DNA of 37,548 nucleotides from an uncultured Syntrophus sp. (GCA_964403345.1 CAYOGU010000001.1:1-37548); one strand, 5' to 3'. Positions 8,728 through 17,100 are shown, counted from the first letter of the stretch. Notes: generated from the letters alone by a model not told the origin. Made by a program: numbers and translations.

Positions 8728-10290
8728 TCACTCTTTTTTCTTCCCTGTGGCTTCCCCGCTTCTCGATCTTCCGGCCGTGTGATCCTTTCCCGAATAGAAG
8801 TTGATCCAGGAAGAACTCTGGTAGAGATCCCAGTTGCAGGGGGGAATGCTGCGCCCGTCCAGCATCCTCTCCTGACCGTACCGTTTCAGCCGGGCATAGG
8901 CCGTCACATAGATGCATCGCCTCTTGCCCGGATGGACCTCGCACCAGCCGTCGCGGCTCCCGCCGCAGGCCCCGTTCCGCTGGTTTTTCGGACAGCGCGA
9001 CATGGGACAGACATAGGCCGCATCGGGCAGGGCGCAATCCCCGCAGTTCAGGCAGCCGTAGAGGAGAAACTTGGCGAGGTGCTCGATCCCGGCGAAGGGG
9101 GCCTCCAGGGCCGTCCCCCCGATCCGGCTGCTCAGGGCCTGCATGGGGCCGTAGAGGCCTCGTCCGGGCTCGAACAGAAGTCCGTGACAGACGCGCGACA
9201 GGCGGTAGACGAAATCGACCGGGGCGTCGAGGGGCCTCCCCCGGCGGGCCGTGGGACAATCGGTATTGAGGCCCGTCTTGGAGTCCCGTTCGTAGTAGTA
9301 GAAGCCGTCCGGCTGGGGATAGTCGAAATGGCGGACCAGGTCGGGCCAGTTGGGGCTCAGGGCCTCCCCCTGTTCGATGATGGCCTCCACTTGGTCATAG
9401 CGGAGGTTGTGCCCGCCGATGTGGACGCCGGAAAAGCCCATCCCCTTCAGGATCGCGTACATCCGCGCGGCCCTGAGGATCCGTGCCCCTTCCCCCTTGT
9501 CGGCAGCCTCCCGCTCCCGGTCCAGATCGGCCAGGAGCTGGTCGGTGACGACGCAGCCGGGGAATCGGTTCTGATGCATCAACTTGGCCACGCCGAAGGA
9601 GAGGACGAAGAGGTTCCCTACCAGGGGGACATCCAGACCGTTTTGCCTCATGAACCGGACCAACTCGTGGTATTTCCGGGCGTCGTAGCCCAACTGGGTG
9701 ACGACGAAGGCCGCCCCGGCGGCGATCTTCTTTTTCAGTTTGAAGTACTGGACCATCGTTTCCGCTTCGGTCGCCTTGAAAGGCGAGACGGCCGCACCGG
9801 CGAAAAAGTGGCTGGGGCTGAGCCGGATCGGTCCCTTGGGTCCGGGGTACTCGTGTCCGCGGTTCATCGACCCGATCAGATCGAGGGTCTGGATGGGGTC
9901 GAGGTCGAAGACCGGTTTGGGTCTTCCCTGAAAACCGGTCACGGGATAATCGCCGCTCATGACCAGCAGGTTCCTCACCCCTGCCCGGTCGAGAGCGTAA
10001 AGTTCGGACTCGATCTGATTGCGGTTCTTGTCCTTGCAGGTGAAGTGGACGAGAGGTTCGATGCCGAGCTGCAGGATTTCGGCGCCTAGGCAGCCGGCCA
10101 GGATCGCGGGGTTGCCGCCGGGATTGTCCGTGATCGTCAGGGCATGGACTTTCCCACCCTGGATAGCTTGTCGGGCGCTCTCGAGGGCCTTCTCCTGATC
10201 CTTCTCCCGGGCTCCCCTTCCCGGAATCAACTCCCAGGTCACCGACAGGGTCGCCGGGTCCATGAGCGAGGTCTTGAAACGGTTCTCCAT
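8728..10290 (-). CDS. metF: Methylenetetrahydrofolate reductase with fused C-terminal MetV-type Cys-rich (MTHFR_C) domain
   Basis: About 520 aa from the ATG at 10290 (RBS GGAGGAAGGAAGG). The N-terminal MTHFR barrel contains 'HFTCKD' and 'NLLVMSGDYP'. The C-terminal 'CLNCGDCALPDAAYVCPMSRCPKNQRNGACGGS..WCEV' matches the CPK..NG.CGG signature of MetV/MTHFR_C. Confidence 0.85.
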   Translation of the reverse strand: MENRFKTSLMDPATLSVTWELIPGRGAREKDQEKALESARQAIQGGKVHALTITDNPGGNPAILAGCLGAEILQLGIEPLVHFTCKDKNRNQIESELYALDRAGVRNLLVMSGDYPVTGFQGRPKPVFDLDPIQTLDLIGSMNRGHEYPGPKGPIRLSPSHFFAGAAVSPFKATEAETMVQYFKLKKKIAAGAAFVVTQLGYDARKYHELVRFMRQNGLDVPLVGNLFVLSFGVAKLMHQNRFPGCVVTDQLLADLDREREAADKGEGARILRAARMYAILKGMGFSGVHIGGHNLRYDQVEAIIEQGEALSPNWPDLVRHFDYPQPDGFYYYERDSKTGLNTDCPTARRGRPLDAPVDFVYRLSRVCHGLLFEPGRGLYGPMQALSSRIGGTALEAPFAGIEHLAKFLLYGCLNCGDCALPDAAYVCPMSRCPKNQRNGACGGSRDGWCEVHPGKRRCIYVTAYARLKRYGQERMLDGRSIPPCNWDLYQSSSWINFYSGKDHTAGRSRSGEATGKKKE

Positions 10291-10348
10291 GAATCCCCCC
10301 CTTCCTTCCTCCCGCACGTCCATAGGGCCGTGCGGGAGGGTCCGATCC

Positions 10349-11236
10349 CTATCTGACGCCGGATGCGAGTTTAGCCGCCTTGAGGGTGTTCATCATCAAC
10401 ATCGTGATCGTCATCGGCCCCACGCCGCCGGGAACCGGCGTAATGAAGGAAGCCTTCTGGCGGACTGCCTCGAAGTCCACATCCCCCACGAGCTTCGCTT
10501 TCCCCTCTGAGGTCACCCCGATCCGGTTGACCCCCACGTCGATCACGACCGCCCCTTCCTTGACCATGTCCGCCGTCACCGCATTGGGCCTCCCGGCCGC
10601 CACGATCAGGATGTCGGCCCGGCGCGTATGGGACGCCGTGTCCCGGGTCCCCGTGTGGCAGACCGTCACCGTCGCGTTCGCCCCGGCCTGCTTCTGGAGA
10701 AGAATGTTGGCGATCGGTTTCCCCACGATGTTCGACCGGCCCACGACCACGACCTCGGCCCCGTCGGTCTTCACGCCGGAGCGGATCAGAAGCTGCTGGA
10801 TCCCCGCCGGGGTGCAGGGCAGATAATCGGCCTGCCCGATCACCATCTTCCCCACGTTGACGGGATGGAACCCGTCCACGTCCTTTTTCGGATCGATGGC
10901 GTAGAGGACCTTGGTCTCGTCGATCTGCCGGGGCAACGGGAGCTGGACGAGGATCCCGTGGATCTTCTCGTCCCGGTTGCACCGTTCAATCAGGGCCAGG
11001 AGTTCGCCCTCGGTGGTTTCTTCCGGAAGGTTTTCCTGTACGGAATGGAAACCGATCTCCTTGGCCGTCCTCTGTTTGCCCGCCACGTAGCTCATCGAAG
11101 CGGGGTTCTTTCCCACCAGGATGGTCGCCAGTCCCGGAACCACGCCGCATCGTTGCTTGAGGCTGGCCGTTTCCCCGGTCAATTCCTCACGGATCTGCCG
11201 GGCCACCTCGGTGCCGCTGATCAGCTTTGCCGTCAT
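10349..11236 (-). CDS. folD: Bifunctional methylene-THF dehydrogenase / methenyl-THF cyclohydrolase
   Basis: 295 aa. Contains 'GILVQLPLP', 'DVDGFHPVNVG' and 'VVVGRSNIVGKPIANILL', all classic FolD motifs. Confidence 0.95.
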   Translation of the reverse strand: MTAKLISGTEVARQIREELTGETASLKQRCGVVPGLATILVGKNPASMSYVAGKQRTAKEIGFHSVQENLPEETTEGELLALIERCNRDEKIHGILVQLPLPRQIDETKVLYAIDPKKDVDGFHPVNVGKMVIGQADYLPCTPAGIQQLLIRSGVKTDGAEVVVVGRSNIVGKPIANILLQKQAGANATVTVCHTGTRDTASHTRRADILIVAAGRPNAVTADMVKEGAVVIDVGVNRIGVTSEGKAKLVGDVDFEAVRQKASFITPVPGGVGPMTITMLMMNTLKAAKLASGVR

Positions 11237-11254
11237 GATGCTGCCTCCTTGACC

Positions 11255-13030
11255 TTAGAAGAGTCCCCGGACCCGGCCTGTCTCCACATCAACGTCGACC
11301 CGGCGGTAGGCGGGATCGGACGCCGTCCCCGGCATCAGTTTGATTTCCCCCGCCACCGGGACGAGGAACTTCGCTCCCCCGTAGATGAGGATGTCCCGGA
11401 TGGGGAGGGTCCAGTTCCTCGGCCGCCCCTTGAGGGCCGGATCGTGGGTGAGGCTCAGGTGCGTCTTGACCATGCAGGTGGTAAAATCCTGAAACATTGG
11501 ATCGGCCTCGAACCGCTCGGCCTTGTCCAGAGCGGCCGGCGAATAGGTGACGTAGTCGGCCCCGTAGATCTCCTGGGCGATCTTTTCGATCCGTCCGCGC
11601 AACGGAAGTTTCTGATCGTAAAGGAACCGGAAGGTGTTCTCCTGTTCGCAGGCCTCGACCACGGCATCGGCCAGTTCGAGGGCCCCCTCGCCGCCCTTGA
11701 GCCAATGTTCGGAGAGGGCGACCCTGGCTCCCGCCTGCTCGCCCAGGCGGCGCAACAGCTTGACTTCCTCCTTCGTGTCCGTATGAAAGCTGTTGATGCA
11801 GACCACCGGGCTGATCCCCGCCTTCTTGACGGTCTCGATATGGGCCAAGAGGTTCTCGAAGCCCTTCTCGAGGAGTGAAAGGTTCTCCGTCGTGTAGGCG
11901 GGATCGAGCTTCTTGCCCGGAGCGACCTTCGGCCCGCCGCCGTGCATCTTGAGCGCCCGGATCGTGGCGACGATCACGGCGCAGCTCGGGACGAGGCCGC
12001 TCAAGCGGCACTTGATGTTCCAGAATTTCTCAAACCCGATATCGGCCCCGAAGCCGCTTTCCGTCACATGGTAATCGGTCAGCTTGAGGGCCACGCGGTC
12101 GGCGATGATCGAATTCTGACCGACGGCGATGTTGGCGAAAGGACCGGCATGGACGAAGACCGGCTGGCCTTCGATGGTCTGAAGGAGGTTGGGGTTGATC
12201 GCCTTGACCATCCAGGCGGTCATCGCACCGGCCACATCCAGATCGGAGGTGGTCACCGGCTCGCCCCATCGGTTGTAGGCCACGACGATCCGCCCCATCC
12301 GTTCGCGCAGATCCTTGATCCCCGTTGCGATGGAGAGGATGGCCATGATCTCGGAGCTGACGGTGATGGCGAAGCCCGAACTCATCATGAAGCCATCCAT
12401 CCTGCCTCCCAGGCCGATCACGATGTCCCGGAGGGCCTGGGCGCAAAAATCGATCACCCATTTCATCTGGACGTTCCGGGGATCGATGTCGAGCCGTTTG
12501 AGGTTCTTGGATGCGAGCACGGCGTCGTTGTAGTTGGCCTCGTGCTGCATCCGCGACGTGAGGGCGACCATCGCCAGGTTGTGGGCGCTCGACACGCAGT
12601 CGATGTCGCCGGTGAGCCCCAGGGAAAAGGGGGTGAGCGGGATGCACTGGGCGAGCCCTCCGCCCGCGGCGCTCCCCTTGATGTTGAACGTGGGTCCTCC
12701 CGACGGCTGGCGGATCGCCCCGCTGACCTTCTTTTTCCTTTTGGCCAAGCCCTGCACCAGCCCCATGACGGTTGTGCTCTTCCCCTCTCCGAGGGGAGTG
12801 GGGGTGACCGCCGTCACGTCGATGTATTTTCCGTTCGGTCTGTTCTCCAGGCGATGGAGCACCTTCAGGAAGTCCACCTTGCCGATGTGATGTCCCATCG
12901 GGATCAATTCGTCTCCCTGGATCCCGGTCTCATCCGCCAATTCGAAGATTTTCTTCATGTGCCTTTCGGCCGCCTCGGCGATCTGCCAGTCCTGCAACTT
13001 TCTCGGATCCATTTCCGTACGCTCGAACAT
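11255..13030 (-). CDS. fhs: Formate-tetrahydrofolate ligase
   Basis: 591 aa. Contains '[16 protein letters not shown]' (FTHFS P-loop). Length and overall pattern are typical. RBS AAGGAGG lies 7 nt before the ATG at 13030. Confidence 0.95.
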   Translation of the reverse strand: MFERTEMDPRKLQDWQIAEAAERHMKKIFELADETGIQGDELIPMGHHIGKVDFLKVLHRLENRPNGKYIDVTAVTPTPLGEGKSTTVMGLVQGLAKRKKKVSGAIRQPSGGPTFNIKGSAAGGGLAQCIPLTPFSLGLTGDIDCVSSAHNLAMVALTSRMQHEANYNDAVLASKNLKRLDIDPRNVQMKWVIDFCAQALRDIVIGLGGRMDGFMMSSGFAITVSSEIMAILSIATGIKDLRERMGRIVVAYNRWGEPVTTSDLDVAGAMTAWMVKAINPNLLQTIEGQPVFVHAGPFANIAVGQNSIIADRVALKLTDYHVTESGFGADIGFEKFWNIKCRLSGLVPSCAVIVATIRALKMHGGGPKVAPGKKLDPAYTTENLSLLEKGFENLLAHIETVKKAGISPVVCINSFHTDTKEEVKLLRRLGEQAGARVALSEHWLKGGEGALELADAVVEACEQENTFRFLYDQKLPLRGRIEKIAQEIYGADYVTYSPAALDKAERFEADPMFQDFTTCMVKTHLSLTHDPALKGRPRNWTLPIRDILIYGGAKFLVPVAGEIKLMPGTASDPAYRRVDVDVETGRVRGLF

Positions 13031-13101
13031 CCTTTTACCTCCTTGCTACAACCGATCCTCGTCGGTTGGACGATTCGTGCAACCCAACCATTCCACTCCA
13101 C

Positions 13102-13896
13102 TTACTCCAGTCGCCCCTTTCGGTAGGCGACAATATAACCCAAACAGGACTCGTCCCGGCCGGTAATCAATTCCCCCGCCTTGAGTGTGGCAAAGAGCTG
13201 CCGGTCCGTCGGATCGATGATCGCCGAGTCCAGCCCCCGGTCCATGGCCGCCGCGAGGAAGGTCCGGTTGATCAGGGAACGCACAGGAAGGCCGTAGGAA
13301 ACCGTACTCAGACAACAGATCGTATGCACCCCCTTGAAGCAGCCCATGATCCGACTGATGGCCTCGAGGGTGGCCCTGGCGGACTGCTGATTGGTGGACA
13401 GGGAGTAGACCAGCGGGTCGATGTAGAGGTCCCCCGGCTGGATGCCGGCAGCGGTGATTTTTTCGATAAGCATGGTCGCAATTCCCACCTTGGCGTCTGC
13501 CGTCTCGGCGGGACTATTCTCGGCCTGACAGGAGGCGACCAGTTTCGCCCGATAATCGATCGCCAGGGAGAGAATCCCCTCCATGCGTCCCTTTTCGAGG
13601 GTCACGGCGTTAATCATCGGTCGATGCTTGACGATGGGGAGGACTTCCCTGAGCACCGCCGGATCGCGGCTGTCCAGACACAGGGGAAGATCTGTGACCT
13701 CCTGGACCGCATCGATCACCCAGCGGAGGTGCACCGCCTCGTTCCGGCCGAATATCGCCGCGTTGAGATTGAGGTAGTCGGCCCCGGAGGCCTCCTGGTC
13801 ACGCGCCTCGCCATGGATGAATTCCCGGTTACGGCTGGCGATCGCCTGGGCGATGTAGCGCCGCGTGGCGTCGATCCTGTCGGCGATGATCAGCAT
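13102..13896 (-). CDS. Second methyl-THF:corrinoid methyltransferase paralog (pterin-binding domain)
   Basis: 264 aa, collinear without gaps with the 7829-8623 product (for example 'AVQEVTDLPL', 'IDPLVY', 'LDSAIIDPTD'). It reads 'CLSTVSYGLP' where the paralog has 'GLTNVSYGLP'. Confidence 0.8.
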   Translation of the reverse strand: MLIIADRIDATRRYIAQAIASRNREFIHGEARDQEASGADYLNLNAAIFGRNEAVHLRWVIDAVQEVTDLPLCLDSRDPAVLREVLPIVKHRPMINAVTLEKGRMEGILSLAIDYRAKLVASCQAENSPAETADAKVGIATMLIEKITAAGIQPGDLYIDPLVYSLSTNQQSARATLEAISRIMGCFKGVHTICCLSTVSYGLPVRSLINRTFLAAAMDRGLDSAIIDPTDRQLFATLKAGELITGRDESCLGYIVAYRKGRLE

Positions 13897-14242
13897 GATC
13901 CGTCCCGTTCCTCCTTCGCCCCGGAACAGGCAAAGAGCATGCCGGAAAGAAGGGCAGGAGGATATTTATAATTGCCAATTATTCCAATGCGTCTCGAAGG
14001 AACGACAGATACCCGGATGGAGCGGTACACCTTTTCGTGCACCGAACGGGACAGCCCCGACGAACCGGTTCTTCCCCGGGGAGGGGAATCCATGGGCCGC
14101 TGCCGGACCGGCGGTGCTTCAGGGATGCAGAGGGGGGATCGGGGATGGAGGAGCGAGGGGAACGGCCATATATTCTGCCGGACCGCGGCGGACGGGCACT
14201 CGGAGGAGCGGGCCGCGCAGGTCCCCCAGGAAAGGGGGAAAG

Positions 14243-14277
14243 GCCCCGCCCTGCATCCCTCTGCCGCAGAGCGGGGC
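14243..14277 (-). terminator. Candidate terminator after the 53-aa membrane protein ORF
   Basis: On the minus strand: GCCCCGC-(21 nt with inner CTCTG/CAGAG stem)-GCGGGGC, followed by CTTTCCCCCTTTCC. The stem is short and the loop long. Confidence 0.3.
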
Positions 14278-14285
14278 AATAGGCA

Positions 14286-14447
14286 CTAGCTGTCGATCGT
14301 CACGGCATCTTTCTTCTCGTGATATTCGGGCAACACGTTCTTCCAGCCCTTGATGCTGGCGTAGACGACAAAGCCGATGACGGCGATGACGACGCCGAAG
14401 CCGATGACCAGAAGGATGTTGTGCGGAATAGTGAACATCTGGGTCAT
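14286..14447 (-). CDS. Small single-pass membrane protein (53 aa), absent from the supplied ORF track
   Basis: My own translation of the minus strand gives AAGGAGAGTACACC-ATG, then MTQMFTIPHNILLVIGFGVVIAVIGFVVYASIKGWKNVLPEYHEKKDAVTIDS-TAG. It has a strong RBS at 6-nt spacing and one clear TM helix. It falls below the track's apparent ~60-aa cut-off. Confidence 0.55.
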   Translation of the reverse strand: MTQMFTIPHNILLVIGFGVVIAVIGFVVYASIKGWKNVLPEYHEKKDAVTIDS

Positions 14448-14504
14448 GGTGTACTCTCCTTCACGATGGATTCCGGTCGAAGATCTTGCGACCGGACCCG
14501 AAAG

Positions 14505-14966
14505 TTATATCCGGACGGTCCTCACCTGGGGGTTGGCCTTCCCGATCCCCCGGATGATCCCGTCCAATGTTTCGTCCCTGCGGTAGCAGAACAGGTAGCC
14601 GCTCTCGCGGGACAACTTGAATTTGACAAAACCGAACCCGCCGGAAAAACGGGACCCCTCGATGGCGCGGATCTGCCCGGCCGGGACCGTCAGACGCCGC
14701 CGGAAGCTCCTGAAAACCACCTGTCCCTCGGCGTCCAGGGAAACGGCGGTGAAAAGGCCCAGGGACCAGTACCAGGTGTAGCCGTAGAAAAAGGCGACCA
14801 TCGCGGCGTACCACCAGTCCCCCCTGAGCCACCCGTCCTGGAACTTCTGGACGATCAGGGGGACGGTGCCTACGGTCCACAGGGCCATGACCCCGTAGAA
14901 GATCGCCACATAGGGCGCCGGGGCATGAAACACCTTGGTTCTGTCCTTCTCCTGCCCCGATCGCAT
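14505..14966 (-). CDS. Hypothetical membrane protein (2 TM helices plus beta-rich C-terminal domain)
   Basis: The ORF is open to 15047, but the first 27 codons read through an 18-bp perfect palindrome, so I start at the ATG at 14966 ('MRSGQEKD'). No family was recognised. The C-terminal part loosely resembles bacterial PH-like domains. Confidence 0.5.
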   Translation of the reverse strand: MRSGQEKDRTKVFHAPAPYVAIFYGVMALWTVGTVPLIVQKFQDGWLRGDWWYAAMVAFFYGYTWYWSLGLFTAVSLDAEGQVVFRSFRRRLTVPAGQIRAIEGSRFSGGFGFVKFKLSRESGYLFCYRRDETLDGIIRGIGKANPQVRTVRI

Positions 14967-14984
14967 GGCCCGCCTTTTTCCCGA

Positions 14985-15024
14985 GGCGGATTCGGCGGCG
15001 GGCCGACCCGCCGCCGAATCCGCC
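14985..15024. repeat. 18-bp perfect inverted repeat with 4-nt loop
   Basis: GGCGGATTCGGCGGCGGG-CCGA-CCCGCCGCCGAATCCGCC, lying between the dctM-like stop (15058) and the next gene start (14966). Confidence 0.9.
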
Positions 15025-15057
15025 GTTGCTTCCCGACGACCTCTCACCGGCCCCTTG

Positions 15058-16374
15058 TCAGCTCCTGAAGAGATACTTGGGCGCCAAGAGGATAATGTCC
15101 GGGATGTACATGCACATCACCAGCCCCAGGAACTGCAGCCCCAGGAACGGGAAGGCCGACTTCCAGACATCCACCGTGGAGACCTCGGGCGGAGAAACGC
15201 TCTTGAGGTAGAAGAGCGACATCCCGAAGGGCGGCGTCAGGAAGGACATCTGCAGGTTCACGGCGATCAGGACCCCGAACCAGATCGGGTCGAAGCCGAG
15301 CTGCCGGATGATGGGCCCGAAGAGGGGGATGATCAGCATGAGGATCCCGACCCAGTCCACGAAGCAGCCCAGGAAGATCACGATTCCCATCATGATCCAG
15401 ATGACGACCCACCTGTTGAGGCCCGATCCCACGAGCATGACGTTGACGAAATCCCCGCCGCCCACCATGATGTAGAGGGCGATGAAGATGTTCGCCCCGA
15501 ACATGGTCCACATGACCATCCCGGTGGCCTTGATCGTGTTGACCGCGGCCTGGACCGTGTCCTTCCAGCTCAGGCGGCGCTTGATGACCCCGATGAGCCA
15601 GGCCCCGAGGCACCCGACGCCGGCCGCCTCGGTCGGGGCTGCGACGCCGATGACGATCGTCCCCAGGACCAGGAAGATCAGCATCCCGCCCGGGATGATC
15701 GGCAGGGCGACCCGGAACAGGCCGGCCCAGTCCAGACGTTCCTCCTTCGGGACGGGCGGACCCATTTTTGGGTTGATGTAGCAACGGATCGTGATGTAGA
15801 GGATGTAGAGCGCCGAGAGCAGGAAGCCCGGCAGGAAGGCCCCGGCGTAGAGCTGGCCGATGGAGGAATTGTCCACCATCCCGTAGACGATCAGCATGAC
15901 GGACGGGGGGATCAGGATCCCCAGGGTCCCGCCGGCCAGGATGCCGCCCAAAGCCAGAAGCTTGTCGTACTTGCGGTTCAGCATCTGGGGCAGGGCGATC
16001 ATGCCCATGGTGACCTCGGTGGCCCCCACGACGCCGGCCATGGCGGCCATCATGGTGCAGGCCGCGATCGTCGCCGTGGCCACGCCGCCCTTGAGCCAGC
16101 CGAGCCAGTGGTAGACCATCATGTAGATGTCCTCGATGATCCCGCTCCGCTCGAGGAGGTTCGCCATCAGGATGAACAGCGGAATGGCGTCCAGGAGGTA
16201 GTTGGTCATGAGTCCGAAGATCCGCGTCGGAACGATGTTGACAGCCTCCGGGCCCTGGAAGAAGGCGGTGAAGACGATGCCCACGAACCCGGTGGAAAAG
16301 GCCACCGGCAGGCCCAGGAACATGACCAACACCATGCTGCCGAAGATGAGTATGGTAATCCATTCGATGCTCAT
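15058..16374 (-). CDS. TRAP transporter large permease, DctM family (second system)
   Basis: 438 aa, polytopic, clearly a paralog of the 2832-4163 product (for example 'IPLFILMANLLERSG' against 'IPLFIFMGAMLERSG'). ATGA overlap with the upstream dctQ-like gene. Confidence 0.9.
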   Translation of the reverse strand: MSIEWITILIFGSMVLVMFLGLPVAFSTGFVGIVFTAFFQGPEAVNIVPTRIFGLMTNYLLDAIPLFILMANLLERSGIIEDIYMMVYHWLGWLKGGVATATIAACTMMAAMAGVVGATEVTMGMIALPQMLNRKYDKLLALGGILAGGTLGILIPPSVMLIVYGMVDNSSIGQLYAGAFLPGFLLSALYILYITIRCYINPKMGPPVPKEERLDWAGLFRVALPIIPGGMLIFLVLGTIVIGVAAPTEAAGVGCLGAWLIGVIKRRLSWKDTVQAAVNTIKATGMVMWTMFGANIFIALYIMVGGGDFVNVMLVGSGLNRWVVIWIMMGIVIFLGCFVDWVGILMLIIPLFGPIIRQLGFDPIWFGVLIAVNLQMSFLTPPFGMSLFYLKSVSPPEVSTVDVWKSAFPFLGLQFLGLVMCMYIPDIILLAPKYLFRS

Positions 16375-16916
16375 TTAAATTCCCTCCCTGTAAAGGCCAT
16401 GTGGGCGTCCCGGATGGTCCAGACGATGCCCTGCAGGAGGAGCAGCACCCCGCCGACGGGCATCAGGATCTTGACGGGATAGAGGGGAGGGGCCCAGTCC
16501 GTGAAGGAGGCCTCGCCGGGGATCTCGATCCCCAAAAAGGTGTTCCCCGCGGTCATCCACTGGGAGCTCCAGTAGAACTGCCAGGAGGTCCAGATGTAGA
16601 CCAGAACGAAGATATAGAAGAATACGGCGGTGACCAGGTCCATGACCGCCTTGGTCCGGGGGCTGCGCGTCGCGTAGATCACGTCGACCCGCACATGGGC
16701 CCGCCAGTAGTGGGCCACGCCCACGACCATGACGTAGTACATGGCGAACAGGGAGTACATCAGCTCATGGCCCCAGTTCGTCGGCATGCCGAAGACGTAG
16801 CGCATGATCACCTCGAAGGAGATCACGACCACGCAGACCAGCGAAATATAAGCCATCATCTTGCCAACGAAGAGGTTGGTCTTTTCGACGGCCATCATAA
16901 AGGTTCTCAAGTCCAT
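16371..16916 (-). CDS. TRAP transporter small permease, DctQ family (second system)
   Basis: 181 aa with 4 TM helices. Shares 'PPLYPVKI' with the first DctQ-like protein. Its position between the dctP-like and dctM-like genes fits. Confidence 0.85.
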   Translation of the reverse strand: MDLRTFMMAVEKTNLFVGKMMAYISLVCVVVISFEVIMRYVFGMPTNWGHELMYSLFAMYYVMVVGVAHYWRAHVRVDVIYATRSPRTKAVMDLVTAVFFYIFVLVYIWTSWQFYWSSQWMTAGNTFLGIEIPGEASFTDWAPPLYPVKILMPVGGVLLLLQGIVWTIRDAHMAFTGREFK

Positions 16917-17100
16917 GGTTCAGCCTTTCCAAGCGAATTCTTCGACGGCCCCTCTGCCTCGGGCCGTCCGACGGTCTCTCACGCTCTCCCTGCGTCCCCA
17001 GGGGATTGCGGCGATGCAGCGTGATCCCAAAATCCCAGAGTGATGGGTAAAAGGGACTCCTCGAAGGGCGAGGCCGGCCCTTCCCCTGAAGGCCGCGTTT

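Noticed and set aside
8624-9259. 5' extension of the 7829-9259 ORF (476 aa)
   Set aside because: The extension overlaps the 3' part of the metF-metV gene in another frame and is Pro/Arg-rich. The recognisable pterin-binding domain starts at the ATG at 8623, which has a strong RBS and gives the same 264-aa length as its paralog.
13929-13944. Weak sigma-54-like element (minus strand CGGCATG-CTCT-TTGC) about 30 nt upstream of the MT II-2 start
   Set aside because: The GG/GC spacing is right, but the -24 box matches only 4 of 6 positions (C instead of the conserved T before GG, T instead of C). No upstream palindromes like those at 26925-27027 accompany it. This is too weak to call.
14128-14166. 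G-run cluster on the plus strand (GGGGGG..GGGG..GGGG) as a G-quadruplex
   Set aside because: The runs are irregular and the loops long. The tract lies on the non-transcribed strand and is more simply described as the complement of a C-rich, rut-like tract on the mRNA.
14967-15047. First 27 codons of the 180-aa ORF 14505-15047
   Set aside because: The reading frame runs through the 18-bp perfect palindrome, and the same peptide appears on the opposite strand. It is most likely non-coding.
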